NCBI GenBank assembly: GCA_003220265.1
Contig: QHRW01000019.1
Span: 1,043-65,042 of the forward strand
Source of the DNA: Candidatus Rokuibacteriota bacterium
GTDB taxonomy: Bacteria; Methylomirabilota; Methylomirabilia; Rokubacteriales; CSP1-6
Direction: 5' to 3'
DNA length: 64,000 nucleotides
Shown here: positions 46,915 to 56,672 of the stretch, piece by piece
Layout: each line of letters starts with the position of its first letter
How positions within the stretch are numbered: position 1 is the stretch's first letter
Program-made: the position numbers and the translations under genes
Notes under the pieces: model-generated
What the model saw: only the letters and a program-made list of their open reading frames with translations
Told to the model about the DNA's origin: nothing
Databases searched by the model: none

Positions 46915-47982
46915 TCAGCGACTCGTCCAGGGCGGCGTCGGAAACAGTGGCTTGCCCGCCGCGAGCTCGTCCGGCCACACGATCACCTTCTTCTCCTTCT
47001 GCCACTGGAAGGTCACCATCGTGTGGGCGATCTGCACGCCGTCCGCATCGACCTTGAAGTCCCCGAACGGCGTGCGCAGGTCGAGCTTCAGGATCTGCTC
47101 GCGGACCTTGTCGGGGTCGAGGCTGCCGGCCCGCCGGACGGCTTCCGCGAAGACCAGGCACCCGGCGTAGCCCGACGCCGCGAAGTACGACGGCTCGCGC
47201 TTGAACTCGGCCTTGTAGCTCTCGACGAACTCGCGGTTGCCCGGGTAGCCGAGCACCGGCTCCCACTGCGTGGCGCCATAGACGTACTCGGCGGTGGACT
47301 TCAGCGTGTCGTAGAACTCGGGCAGGTCGCCGCCGATCGTCACGCCGTACATCTTCGGGTTGACGTTGAGCTCCTTGAGCTGCCGGCTCAGCGCCACCGC
47401 GTCGTCGAAGTAGGTGGCGGCGGCGAGCACGTCGGGATTGGCGGCCTTGATCTTCGTCAGCAGCGCCGAGAAGTCGGTGCTGGCCTTCGGGTAGGCCTCG
47501 GCCTTGGAGAAGAGCGTGTCCTCGTTGATCACGGCGACGCTCTTCAACCCGCGCTTCACGGCCATGTCGAGGAGGCCCTCGAAGTAGCCCTCGGCGGACG
47601 TGGTCGCCGCCAGCGGCGAGACCATCACCTTCCGGTACTTCTCGGTGACGTTGGCCACCGCCTCGGTGACCGGCGACGAGTACGGCCCCATGACCACGTC
47701 GACCTTGTCATCGGTGAGGAGCTTCTCGTAGAGCCGGACCCCGGTGGGCGGCAACGATTGATCGTCGTACACGACGAACTCGACCGTGCGGCCGAGCAAT
47801 CCGCCCTTGGCGTTGAGGTCCTTCTGGCACAACCGATACCCCTCGTGCTGGTAGTTGCCGAGCTTCGCGTACGTCCCGGTGAGCGAGAGCGACGCGCCGA
47901 TGCGAATGGGGCCCTGGGCCTCGGCGCCATGGCACAGCAGCAGCGTCGCCGCCACGGCGACGACCGGCCCGATGGTTTTCAC
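46915..47982 (-). CDS. ABC transporter substrate-binding protein (LivJ/branched-chain amino-acid type)
   Basis: 355 aa from GTG 47982, which follows GGGGAGGAAG. Has a signal peptide. IRIGASLSLTGTYAKLG start is typical of type I PBPs. The 1132-aa track ORF is an artefact. Confidence 0.8.
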   Translation of the reverse strand: MKTIGPVVAVAATLLLCHGAEAQGPIRIGASLSLTGTYAKLGNYQHEGYRLCQKDLNAKGGLLGRTVEFVVYDDQSLPPTGVRLYEKLLTDDKVDVVMGPYSSPVTEAVANVTEKYRKVMVSPLAATTSAEGYFEGLLDMAVKRGLKSVAVINEDTLFSKAEAYPKASTDFSALLTKIKAANPDVLAAATYFDDAVALSRQLKELNVNPKMYGVTIGGDLPEFYDTLKSTAEYVYGATQWEPVLGYPGNREFVESYKAEFKREPSYFAASGYAGCLVFAEAVRRAGSLDPDKVREQILKLDLRTPFGDFKVDADGVQIAHTMVTFQWQKEKKVIVWPDELAAGKPLFPTPPWTSR

Positions 47983-48024
47983 TGCGCTTCCTCCCCGTGA
48001 ATTGGTGACGTAGCATAACCGACC

Positions 48025-49023
48025 GTGACCTCCGCCGATACTGCCGGGCGCGTCCACCTGGGCGTCGCCGAGGCCCGCGCGCTCTCCGAGCGCGCGATGC
48101 GCGGGATCGGGTACGCCCCCGAGGAGGCCCGCATCCTCGCCGATCACGTGCTCGACGCGGCGCTCTGCGGTTACGAGTACTCGGGCCTGCCGAAGCTGCT
48201 CAACGTGGCCGAGTATCCGCGCTTCACGGCGCCGCGCGCCCCGATGCGGGTCGTCAAGGAGACGAGCGTGTCGGTGCTCTTCGACGGCGGCAACCAGAGC
48301 GGCATGCTGGGGATGTACCACGCGACGCGCGCCGCGATCGAGCGGGCGAGCGCGCACGGCCTGGCGCTCGTCGGCGTCAACAACATCTGGATGAGCGGCC
48401 GCAGCGCCTATTACGTCGAGATGGCGGCGCGCGCCGGCCTGATCGGCATCCACACGGTGGCGGCGCCGCCGTCGGTCGCGCCGCTCGGTGGCGCCAAACC
48501 GGCGCTCGGCACCAACCCCATCGCCTTCGGCTTCCCGCTGGACGGCGACCCGCTGGTGATCGATCTCGGCACCTCCGCCTTCATGGGCACCGACCTGCAG
48601 TTCCGCCAGCGGCTCGGCATGCCCCTGCCCGAGGGCGTCGCCCTCGACGCGAACGGCCGTCCCACGACCGACGCGCGGGCGGCCCGGCGCGGCGCCATCC
48701 TGCCCTTCGGCGGCCACAAGGGCTACGCGCTGGCGCTCGCGACGCACGCGCTCGGCGTGCTGTGCGGCGATCAGCAAGAGCACGCCGGCTACATCTTCAT
48801 CGCGTTCAAGCCCGATCTGTTCATGCCGCTCGACGACTATCGCCGCGCGCTGGCCGGCGAGATCAGGCGGATCAAGGCGATACCGCGGCAGGATGGCGTC
48901 GACGAGATCCGCATCCCCGGCGAGCGCGCGTATCGCGAGCGCGCGCGCCTCACGCGCGAGGGCATCGAGATCGACCGGCGCATCCACGACGCGCTCGTCC
49001 GGCTCGCGGAAGGCCCATCCTAG
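48025..49023 (+). CDS. Ldh_2 family oxidoreductase (malate/L-lactate dehydrogenase type 2)
   Basis: 332 aa. GTNPIAFGFP and LPFGGHKGYALAL motifs. Confidence 0.85.
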   Translation: MTSADTAGRVHLGVAEARALSERAMRGIGYAPEEARILADHVLDAALCGYEYSGLPKLLNVAEYPRFTAPRAPMRVVKETSVSVLFDGGNQSGMLGMYHATRAAIERASAHGLALVGVNNIWMSGRSAYYVEMAARAGLIGIHTVAAPPSVAPLGGAKPALGTNPIAFGFPLDGDPLVIDLGTSAFMGTDLQFRQRLGMPLPEGVALDANGRPTTDARAARRGAILPFGGHKGYALALATHALGVLCGDQQEHAGYIFIAFKPDLFMPLDDYRRALAGEIRRIKAIPRQDGVDEIRIPGERAYRERARLTREGIEIDRRIHDALVRLAEGPS

Positions 49024-49733
49024 GGCGAGGCGTCGGCCGGCAGCTCGGCGAGGAGACGGCCGAAGGCCGGCAGGCGATCGGCGCTCTCGAACGCGCGCAG
49101 CATCGCCCAGAGCGAGGCCTGATTTGTGGTGACCACCGGCTTGCCGAATTCCCGCTCCCAGGCCGCGACCGACGTCATCGTCGGGAAATTGCCCCCGGGC
49201 ACCACGAACGCCTCGATCTCCGGCCGATCGATCCGGGCGAAGGCGTCGCGCGCGTGCTGCGGGCCGAGCTGCCCGATGGCATAGGCGTCGGTCGCGCCGA
49301 ATCCCTCGAGCGCGATGGTGTCGAGCCTGTGCTTGTCCTCGAAATAGCGGGCGGCCCGCGCGTTGACGGCCTCCGAATAGGGCGACACGATCGCGATGCG
49401 GCGCGCGCCGAGGGCCCGCACGGCGCGGCCCACCGCCTGCGCCGACGTGATCGCCGGAACGCCGGCGCCGGCGCTCATCCGCTTGGTGACGACGTCGTCG
49501 TAGTCCTCGCTGAAGAGACTGGCCGACGTCTGGGCCAGGATCACCAGCTCGACCTTCGCCGTCCCCAGCAGGCGCGACTGATAGTCGATGTCCTCGTCCC
49601 GGCTCGGCGAGAAGCTCCCGCCACTCGACTTGAGGCGCCCGACGTGGGCCTGGTAGGTGGCCGGCACCAGCCGGCACTCGATCTCGACCGTGGTGTTCGT
49701 CGAGGGGATCAGCACGCCGAAGTGTCGGGTCAT
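49020..49733 (-). CDS. Asp/Glu racemase superfamily protein (maleate isomerase / arylmalonate decarboxylase-like)
   Basis: 237 aa. GVLIPSTNTTVE start and C-terminal VVTTNQASLW. Confidence 0.75.
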   Translation of the reverse strand: MTRHFGVLIPSTNTTVEIECRLVPATYQAHVGRLKSSGGSFSPSRDEDIDYQSRLLGTAKVELVILAQTSASLFSEDYDDVVTKRMSAGAGVPAITSAQAVGRAVRALGARRIAIVSPYSEAVNARAARYFEDKHRLDTIALEGFGATDAYAIGQLGPQHARDAFARIDRPEIEAFVVPGGNFPTMTSVAAWEREFGKPVVTTNQASLWAMLRAFESADRLPAFGRLLAELPADASP

Positions 49734-49779
49734 GGTCAGCGAGTATAATCGCGCGATCCGTCACCTCGCAGGAGGTTCC

Positions 49780-50337
49780 ATGGCCCGCATACCGCTCGTC
49801 ACCAGCCGCGACCAGATCCTCGAGAAGGACAAGCCCGCGTACGATGCCTTCATGCAGAGTCGAGGGGGCCGGCCGAACGTCGGTCCGTATTCCCTCCTCG
49901 CGCACATGCCGGAGATGGCGCAACGGCTGGAGGCGCTGCGACTCTACCTGCGTGACGAGGCCAGCCTGCCGCAGAAGCTGCAGGAGCTGGTCATGATCTC
50001 CGTGGCGGCGGAGATGGGCTGCGCGTTCATCTGGTACGCTCACGCCGCCCCGGCCCGGAAAGCCGGAGTCCGTGACGACGTCGTGGACAACATTCGCGAG
50101 AAGCGCGTGCCGACCAACCTCGATCCGGTCGAGCAAACCGTGGTGGACTTCACCCGCGAGCTTCTCCAGACGCGCAAGGTCAGCCGGGCGACGTTCGAGG
50201 CGGCCACGGCGCGATTCGGGCAGCGGGGAACCATGACGCTGACGAATCTCATCGCCTGCTACGCGGTGCTGGCGTACAACATGAACACCTACGAGCTGGA
50301 AGCTCCGGCGCACCCGACGGAAAAGGCCTTGCCATGA
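49780..50337 (+). CDS. carboxymuconolactone decarboxylase (AhpD-like) family protein
   Basis: 185 aa from an internal ATG with a GGAGG RBS. A perfect TATAAT lies at 49744-49749 upstream. Confidence 0.75.
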   Translation: MARIPLVTSRDQILEKDKPAYDAFMQSRGGRPNVGPYSLLAHMPEMAQRLEALRLYLRDEASLPQKLQELVMISVAAEMGCAFIWYAHAAPARKAGVRDDVVDNIREKRVPTNLDPVEQTVVDFTRELLQTRKVSRATFEAATARFGQRGTMTLTNLIACYAVLAYNMNTYELEAPAHPTEKALP

Positions 50338-51476
50338 GAGACACCACGCACTGGGTGGGCACCTGGACGGCCGCGCCGGCGCCGGCCGAAGGCGCCGCCT
50401 TCAGCAACCACACGCTGCGAATGATCCCGCGCGTCAGCATCGGTGGCAGCCGGTTGCGCGTCCGCATCTCCAACGCCTGCGGCACCCGCCCGCTGGCCAT
50501 CGGGGCGGCGCGCGTCGGCCTGCGCAGCGCCGGCCCGGCGCTCGTGCCGGGCTCGAACCGACGGCTGACCTTCGGCGGTGAGACGAGCGCGACGATCGCC
50601 GCCGGGGCGCTCATCGTCAGCGATCCGGTCGAGCTGTCCTTCGCGCCCCTGTCGGACCTGGCCGTGAGCCTCCACCTGCCCGAGGATCTCCCGGCGAGCT
50701 TCGGCATCACCGGGCGCTACGCGCGCCAGACGAACTACATCTCGCCGCCGGGAGATTTCGCCGCCGAGGACGTCATGCCGGTCGGCCGTCTCACCGACGA
50801 CTGGTACTTCGCGTGCGGTATCGACGTCGTCGCGCCGCCGGCCACGGGCGCCGTCGTCGCGCTCGGCGACTCGCTGACCGACGCCAACATCTCGACCCAC
50901 GACGGCCATCACAGCTGGCCCTCGCAGCTCGCGCGCCGGCTCCTGGCGCGGCCGAGCGGGCGGCCGATGGCAGTGATGAACCAGGGGCTCGGCGGCAACC
51001 GTATCCTGCACGACATCCGGGGCGACAGCGGCCTGCGCCGCTTCGACCGCGACGTGCTGGCCCAGCCCGGCGTGACCCACGCCATCATCATGCTCGGCAC
51101 GAACGATCTGCGGAACCGCTGGCGCAAGCCCGAGGAAGAAGTCACGGCCCCGCAGATGATCGCCGGGCTCCAGCAGCTCGCCGTGCGCGGCCAGGCGCAC
51201 GGGATCAACGTCATCGCCGCCACGCTGACGCCGTTCGAGAACGAGACATTTCTGCCCGGCGCCTGGAACCCGAAGCGCGAGGCGATCCGCCAGGCAGTCA
51301 ACGACTGGCTGCGCAAGAGCGACGCCTTCGACGCGATCGCCGATTTCGACCGGGCCTTGCGCGATCCCGACCATCCGACCCGGATGCTGCCGATCTACGA
51401 TTGCGGCGACCACCTTCACCCGAGTGATGCGGGCTATCGCGCGATGGGCGACGCGATCGATCTCTCGCTGTTCTAG
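50334..51476 (+). CDS. SGNH/GDSL hydrolase family protein
   Basis: 380 aa. Block I ALGDSLTD, block III GTND, block V GDHLHPS. ATGA overlap with the previous gene. Confidence 0.85.
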   Translation: MRDTTHWVGTWTAAPAPAEGAAFSNHTLRMIPRVSIGGSRLRVRISNACGTRPLAIGAARVGLRSAGPALVPGSNRRLTFGGETSATIAAGALIVSDPVELSFAPLSDLAVSLHLPEDLPASFGITGRYARQTNYISPPGDFAAEDVMPVGRLTDDWYFACGIDVVAPPATGAVVALGDSLTDANISTHDGHHSWPSQLARRLLARPSGRPMAVMNQGLGGNRILHDIRGDSGLRRFDRDVLAQPGVTHAIIMLGTNDLRNRWRKPEEEVTAPQMIAGLQQLAVRGQAHGINVIAATLTPFENETFLPGAWNPKREAIRQAVNDWLRKSDAFDAIADFDRALRDPDHPTRMLPIYDCGDHLHPSDAGYRAMGDAIDLSLF

Positions 51477-51485
51477 GGGGACAGG

Positions 51486-52586
51486 CTAGGGCATCCCCTT
51501 CATGTCGACGGGCGCGTAGTAGCGCCGCGCTCCGAGCGCATCGACGCGCGCCCAGAAATCCGGCTGGGCGGCGAGGCCGAGCTCGGTCACGCCGGCGCGT
51601 TGACGCCACATGGCCCAGGACTCCGGATGCAGGCGACTGGCCTCCGCGAGCCAGCGGTCGCCCTCGTCCGGCTGGCCGTGCCTGATCAGGTGCTGCCCCA
51701 GGCGAAAGAGGACGTGCGCCCGCGCTGCGTCCTCGGTGGGCCGCGGCGCGTGTGCCCGGGCGCGTTCCGCATCGAAGGCGTGCTCGCTGGCGTCCCCGCG
51801 CCGGACCCAGTCGCGGAGGGCGTCCAGATACGTGGCCTTGGCCTGGGCGGTGACCCGGGCGGCGTCGGCCGGCATCTCGCGCGTCACGCGATCCATGCGG
51901 CGAAATCCCTCGTATGCGCCGGCGGGCTCCGTGGGACGCACGATCGTGCCGCGCTCGTCGATCCACACTGCCTGTGGCACGTTGACCATGTCATAGAGGT
52001 CGGCCAGGCGATGGTCGCGATCGATCAGGCAGGGATAGGTCGGCGCGGCGGCTTCGATCCACGGCAGCGGATCCTCCTCGCGGCTATCCAGGGCGACGGC
52101 GATCACCACGAAGCCGTGATCCTTCAGTTCCTCGTAGAGCGCCTGCCACACGGGCAGGTCGCGGCGGCACCCTCACCACGAGGCCCAGGACACTAGCAGC
52201 ACTTTCTTGCCGCGATGCTCGGAGAGCGAATGCCGGCACCCGGTCCGGTCGGGGAGCGAGAAATCCGGCGCCTGCAGCGAGCGCAGCGCCGACTCGCGCT
52301 CGGCGGCGGCCGTCCCGAGCACCCAGGCGCCGCCGTCTGCGCTATGGGCGAGAGGCTGGCCCAGGTGCCGCCAGAGCGCGGCCACATCGATCTGCCCGCC
52401 GCGCATGAACTCGCGTTCACGTCCCGGGGGGACGGGCACGCAGATGTTCGCGCGGCAGAAGCCCTCCGGGCGGGACGACCACCCGATGGCGGCTTCGAGC
52501 TCTGCGGCGGACAGCCAGAGTCGATCGCCCTCGGCCCGGGTATCGGGCAGTACGGTCTCGGTCGTTTCGGTCAGGAGGATGGCCAT
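51486..52586 (-). CDS. ResA/TlpA-like thioredoxin-fold protein with in-frame UGA (probable selenocysteine) and TPR-like tail
   Basis: ORF 51486..52151 and the C-terminal part of ORF 52173..53669 share one frame, separated by a single TGA (52173-52175). Read-through gives KKVLLVSWASW-U-GCRRDLPVWQALYEEL. Confidence 0.65.
52139..52162 (-). promoter_or_regulatory. SECIS-like hairpin downstream of the in-frame UGA
   Basis: The mRNA reads GCG-A-CCUGCC[CGUGU]GGCAGG-CGC. It starts 10 nt after the UGA, pairs 9 bp with one bulged A, and has GU in the apical loop. Confidence 0.45.
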
Positions 52587-52631
52587 GCCACGAACTGTAT
52601 ACTGTCGCGGCCGGGGAGGGTGTAGAGGATC

Positions 52632-53414
52632 ATGCGCGAGAACACGCTCAAGCAGCGGCTCTACGCCGGAAAGGCCGCCTTCGGCGTCATGTGCACCTTC
52701 CCCTCGCCGCCCGTGGTGGAGATGCTGGGGCATCTCGGGTTCGACTGGATCCTCCTCGACAACGAGCACGGCTCCATCACGGTCGACACGGCGGAGGCGT
52801 GCATCGCGGCCGCCGAGCTGAGCGGCATCGCGCCCATCGTGCGCCCGGTCGGCAACAAGCCCGAGATCATCGCGCCCTTCCTGGATCGCGGCGCCTGGGG
52901 CGTGCAGGTGCCTCACGTCAACACGGCGGACGAAGCGCGGGCCGCCGTCGATGCGGTGAAGTACGCGCCGGACGGTCACCGCGGCATCTTCAGCGGCGGC
53001 CGGCCCGCGGGCTACGGCTTCAAGGGCTCGACGGCGGACTACGCGAAGGACGCCAACCGCCAGACGCTCGTGTGCCTGATGCTCGAAGAGGTGGAGGCGA
53101 TCGAGAATTTGCCGGACATGGTCAAGGTCCCGGGCGTCGACGTGTTCTTCATCGGCGCCGGCGATCTCTCGCAGTCGATGGGCCACACCGGCCAGATGAC
53201 ACATCCGGATGTCCAAGCGATGGTCGAGCGCGGCGTGAAAGCAATCACGGGCGCCGGGCGCATCGCCGGCTGCAGCTGTCCCGACAATCTCATCCCCAAG
53301 TTCCTGGGCCTCGGCGTGCAGTATTTCCACAGCGGCGTGAACCGGCTGCTCCAGCAGAGCAGCGAGGCCTATCTGAAGACGACGCGTCAGGCGGCGGCCG
53401 ACGCTGGAAAGTGA
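52632..53414 (+). CDS. HpcH/HpaI aldolase family protein
   Basis: 260 aa. GFDWILLDNEHG, VRP and MLEE motifs of class II aldolase/citrate-lyase-beta-like enzymes. Confidence 0.85.
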   Translation: MRENTLKQRLYAGKAAFGVMCTFPSPPVVEMLGHLGFDWILLDNEHGSITVDTAEACIAAAELSGIAPIVRPVGNKPEIIAPFLDRGAWGVQVPHVNTADEARAAVDAVKYAPDGHRGIFSGGRPAGYGFKGSTADYAKDANRQTLVCLMLEEVEAIENLPDMVKVPGVDVFFIGAGDLSQSMGHTGQMTHPDVQAMVERGVKAITGAGRIAGCSCPDNLIPKFLGLGVQYFHSGVNRLLQQSSEAYLKTTRQAAADAGK

Positions 53415-53420
53415 GTCCCC

Positions 53421-54781
53421 ATGAGCCACGACGCCCTGCGCACGATTCTTCCGGCGGCCGGCTGGAGCGAGGACCGCGCGCGCGCGGTCGAGATCACGGG
53501 CGAGGCCGATCCGATCCTGCCGACGTCCTTTCGCATCGGCGAGACCAGCGCCGCGGCGCTGGCGGCCGTCGGCCTCGCCGTCTGCGACCTGTGGGAGTTG
53601 CGCACCGGGCGTCGCCAGCAGATCGCGGTCGACACGCGCCGGGCAACGGCGTCGCTCCGCAGCGGGCACTACATGAAGTCTATCCGGCCAGGAACGGCCG
53701 CTGGAGCTACCTGCACTGCAACTTCCCGAATCATCGGGCCGCCGCCCTCGGCGTGCTCGGCGTGCCGGAGGATCGCGAGGCGGTGCGCAAGGCGGTGGCC
53801 AAGTGGGACGCGCTCGAGCTGGAAGAGGCCATCATCAACGCCAGGGGCGCCGGCGGCATGGTGCGCACGATGGAGGAGTGGGCCAAGCACCCGCAGGCCG
53901 CCGCGATCGCCTCGCTGCCGTTGATGGAGATCGTCAAGATCGGCGCCAGCGCGCCGGAGAAGCTCGCCGACGGCGATCGGCCGCTGTCGGGCATCCGCGT
54001 GCTCGACCTCACGCGCGTGCTGGCCGGGCCCACGTGCGCGCGCACGCTGGCCGAGCACGGCGCCGACGTCCTGAAGATCACGGCGGCGCACCTGCCGAGC
54101 CTCGGCCACCAGGAATACGACACCGGCCACGGCAAGCTCTCCGCGCATCTCGACCTGCGTGAGCCGAAGGCCGTCGAGACGTTGCGCGGGCTGGTCCGCG
54201 AGGGCGACGTGTTCTCGCAGGGCTACCGGCCGGGCACGCTCGGCGACCGCGGGTTCTCGCCCGAGACGCTGGCGACGCTGCGTCCGGGGATCGTCGTCGT
54301 GTCGCTGTGCGCGTTCGGTCACGTCGGGCCGTGGGCGTCGCGCCGCGGCTTCGACACGGTGGTGCAAACGGTCAGCGGCATCACGCATCGCCAGGGCCAG
54401 CTCTTCCCCGGCGCCACGCCGGGCCCGCAGTTCTATCCCGTGTCGGCCATCGACTACTTGACCGGCTATCTCATGGCGTTCGGCGCCATGGTGGCCCTCG
54501 GCCGTCGCGCGCGCGAGGGCGGGAGCTGGCTCGTGCGGATCTCGCTGGCGCAGACCGGCCGCTGGCTGGTCGGGCGCGGCGAAGTTCCGGAGGGCCGGCT
54601 GAAGGACATCCCGAAAGAATTCACGCCTTCAGAAATCGAGCGCTGGTCGATGACGACCGACACGCCGGTCGGCCGGCTTCATCATCTGGCGCCCGTGGTA
54701 CGCCTGTCCGAGACGCCGCCGCGCTGGGCCCGGCCGTCGGTCCCGCTCGGCTACAACGAGCCGGCGTGGCCAGCGAGGTGA
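53421..54781 (+). pseudogene. family III CoA-transferase (CaiB/BaiF-like) with a frameshift near 53675-53685
   Basis: The N-terminal ~87 aa lie in frame 53421 (...ASLRSGHYMK). The rest lies in the frame of ORF 52691..54781 (EVYPARNGRWSYLHCNFPNH...GIRVLDLTRVLAGP...). Total length is 1361 nt, which is not a multiple of 3. Confidence 0.6.
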
Positions 54782-54788
54782 CGCCGCC

Positions 54789-55934
54789 ATGCGATTGAGC
54801 CTTGCCTACGAGATGCAGCGGCCGGTCGTCGACGACCATCGGGTGATCGAGGAGACGCTCGAGCAGTGCGTGCTCGCCGACCGGATGGGCTTCGACACCG
54901 TCTGGTTCGTGGAGCACCACTTCCTCACGAGCTTCTCGATGTCGCCGTGCCCGGAAGTGATGTTCGGCGCGCTGAGCCAGATGACGAAGCGCATCCGCCT
55001 GGGCTTCGGCGTGGTGATCCTGCCCTACCATCACCCGGTTCGCGTGGCCGAGCGGGTGGCGATGGTGGATCACATGTCCGGCGGGCGCGTGGAGTTCGGA
55101 ACGGGGCGCTCGGCGCCCTACGAGCAGATGGGGATGGGCATCGATCCCCGGAACACGCGGGCGATGTGGGAAGAGTCGCTGCGGATGATCCCGCGGATCT
55201 GGGAAGACGGCCTCTTCTCGTGGGAGGGCAAGTTCTGGACCGTGCCACCGCGCGACGTCCGCCCCAAGCCGTACCAGCGCCCGCACCCGCGGATCTGGGT
55301 GGCGGCGCTGCAGCCGGCGACCTACGAGCTTGCGGCGGAGCTCGGCATCGGCGTGATGGCGCTCAGCGTCGCCTCACCGTCGTACCTGGCGCCCCACATC
55401 AAGCAGTACAAGGAGCGCGTGCGCCACGCGAGGCCCGTCGGCAAGGTCGTCAACGACCAGTGGCTGAGCGCGACCATGGGGCTGTGCGACGCGGACGACA
55501 AGGCCGCCCGCGAGCTCTCCGCGAAATCGCTGCGCACGTTCTTCGGACCGGATCGCCCCTATCTCAAGGACCAGACCCACCTCTACGAGCAGCTCGTCGA
55601 CTCGTGGGGCGGCGTGCCCGACCATCTCCGCGCCAACTTTGCGCGCTATCTCAAGACGGAAGGCGCCGAGGGCGCGCCCGCCGTGGATCTCTCGGGCGGC
55701 TCGGGGCAGATCGCCTCGGCGCTGTGGAACCAGATCGACGCCGACACGCTGGTCGACCGCGGCGTCCTGGTGGCCGGCAATCCGGACACCTGCCTGCGGA
55801 GCATCGCCATCCACGAGGAGGCCGGCGTCGACGAGCTGCAATTCCTCATGGCCACCGAGACCGTCCCCCACGAGCAGGTGATGTCCTCGATCGAAATGTT
55901 CGGCCGCCACGTGATCCCGAAGCTAAAGCGCTAG
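54789..55934 (+). CDS. LLM-class (luciferase-like) flavin/F420-dependent oxidoreductase
   Basis: 381 aa. VWFVEHHF and MSGGRVEFGTGRS motifs. Confidence 0.88.
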   Translation: MRLSLAYEMQRPVVDDHRVIEETLEQCVLADRMGFDTVWFVEHHFLTSFSMSPCPEVMFGALSQMTKRIRLGFGVVILPYHHPVRVAERVAMVDHMSGGRVEFGTGRSAPYEQMGMGIDPRNTRAMWEESLRMIPRIWEDGLFSWEGKFWTVPPRDVRPKPYQRPHPRIWVAALQPATYELAAELGIGVMALSVASPSYLAPHIKQYKERVRHARPVGKVVNDQWLSATMGLCDADDKAARELSAKSLRTFFGPDRPYLKDQTHLYEQLVDSWGGVPDHLRANFARYLKTEGAEGAPAVDLSGGSGQIASALWNQIDADTLVDRGVLVAGNPDTCLRSIAIHEEAGVDELQFLMATETVPHEQVMSSIEMFGRHVIPKLKR

Positions 55935-56007
55935 GAAAGCCGAGGCCTGACGGGTATCATGCCGCCACCGTAGGAGTCGAATCCGTCACAGAGAGGTAAG
56001 CGAGCCA

Positions 56008-56655
56008 ATGCGCAAGCTCATCTGGGCGGCTGTCTTCTCACTGCTGCTGGTCGCCCCCGGTCATGCCGGCGCCGAAGGGTTCTTCGATCTCTACGCCGGC
56101 GCTGCGTTCACCGACTCGAACGACGTCAAGATCAGTGCCTTCGGTGTCAGCACGACGTCGGAGTCCGATTTCAAGACGTCGTTCAGCGTCGGCGGCCGCT
56201 TCGGATACTGGTTCGGCTTCTTCGGTCTCAATCTCGACGTGGACTACTTCCGGCCCAACCTCGATCCCGACCGCGCCACGGTGGCCGGCATCACGGCCAA
56301 GACCGAGGTGGACGTCCTGGGCGTCGGGGTGAACGCGATGCTGCGCGCGCGGCTCGTCAACACGACGGCGGTGCCCGACGGCGCGCTGCAACCCTACATC
56401 TTCGCGGGGCCGACCGTCTTCATCACCAAGTTCGACTTCGACGTCACGGGCGCCGGCGGCAGCGACGTCAGCGTCGACGCCAACCTCGGCTTCACCGCCG
56501 GCACCGGCGTGACGTACATGTTCACCAAGAACTTCGGCGTCTTCGGCGAGTACCGCTTCACCTACAACCGTCCGAGCCTCACGATCACCGACGTCAAGAT
56601 CGAGCCCAAGCTGAACTCGCACCATCTGCTCGGGGGCGTGACGCTGCGCTTCTAG
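56008..56655 (+). CDS. outer-membrane beta-barrel protein (OmpA-barrel/OmpW-like)
   Basis: 215 aa. Signal peptide ...APGHAGAEG, alternating strands, C-terminal GGVTLRF. Confidence 0.8.
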   Translation: MRKLIWAAVFSLLLVAPGHAGAEGFFDLYAGAAFTDSNDVKISAFGVSTTSESDFKTSFSVGGRFGYWFGFFGLNLDVDYFRPNLDPDRATVAGITAKTEVDVLGVGVNAMLRARLVNTTAVPDGALQPYIFAGPTVFITKFDFDVTGAGGSDVSVDANLGFTAGTGVTYMFTKNFGVFGEYRFTYNRPSLTITDVKIEPKLNSHHLLGGVTLRF

Positions 56656-56672
56656 GTTTCCGGCAGGCACCG

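Noticed and set aside
46915-47982. Suspected in-frame internal deletions in the LivJ-like SBP, which seems ~35-50 aa shorter than I expect
   Set aside because: This impression is based only on my memory of typical family length and local sequence patterns. It cannot be substantiated without an alignment.
46915-50313. 1132-aa ORF on the minus strand
   Set aside because: Only the last 355 codons (GTG 47982 with a strong RBS and a signal peptide) are a plausible SBP. The remainder runs antisense or out of frame through three well-supported genes (48025..49023, 49020..49733, 49780..50337).
52594-52605. ACTGTATACTGT in the 45-nt divergent spacer, as a possible LexA/SOS box or palindromic operator
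   Set aside because: It is a direct repeat of ACTGT, not a true palindrome (its reverse complement is ACAGTATACAGT), and it does not fit CTGT-N8-ACAG. It contains a TATACT -10-like hexamer for the aldolase gene but has no credible -35 box, so I did not report it as a feature.
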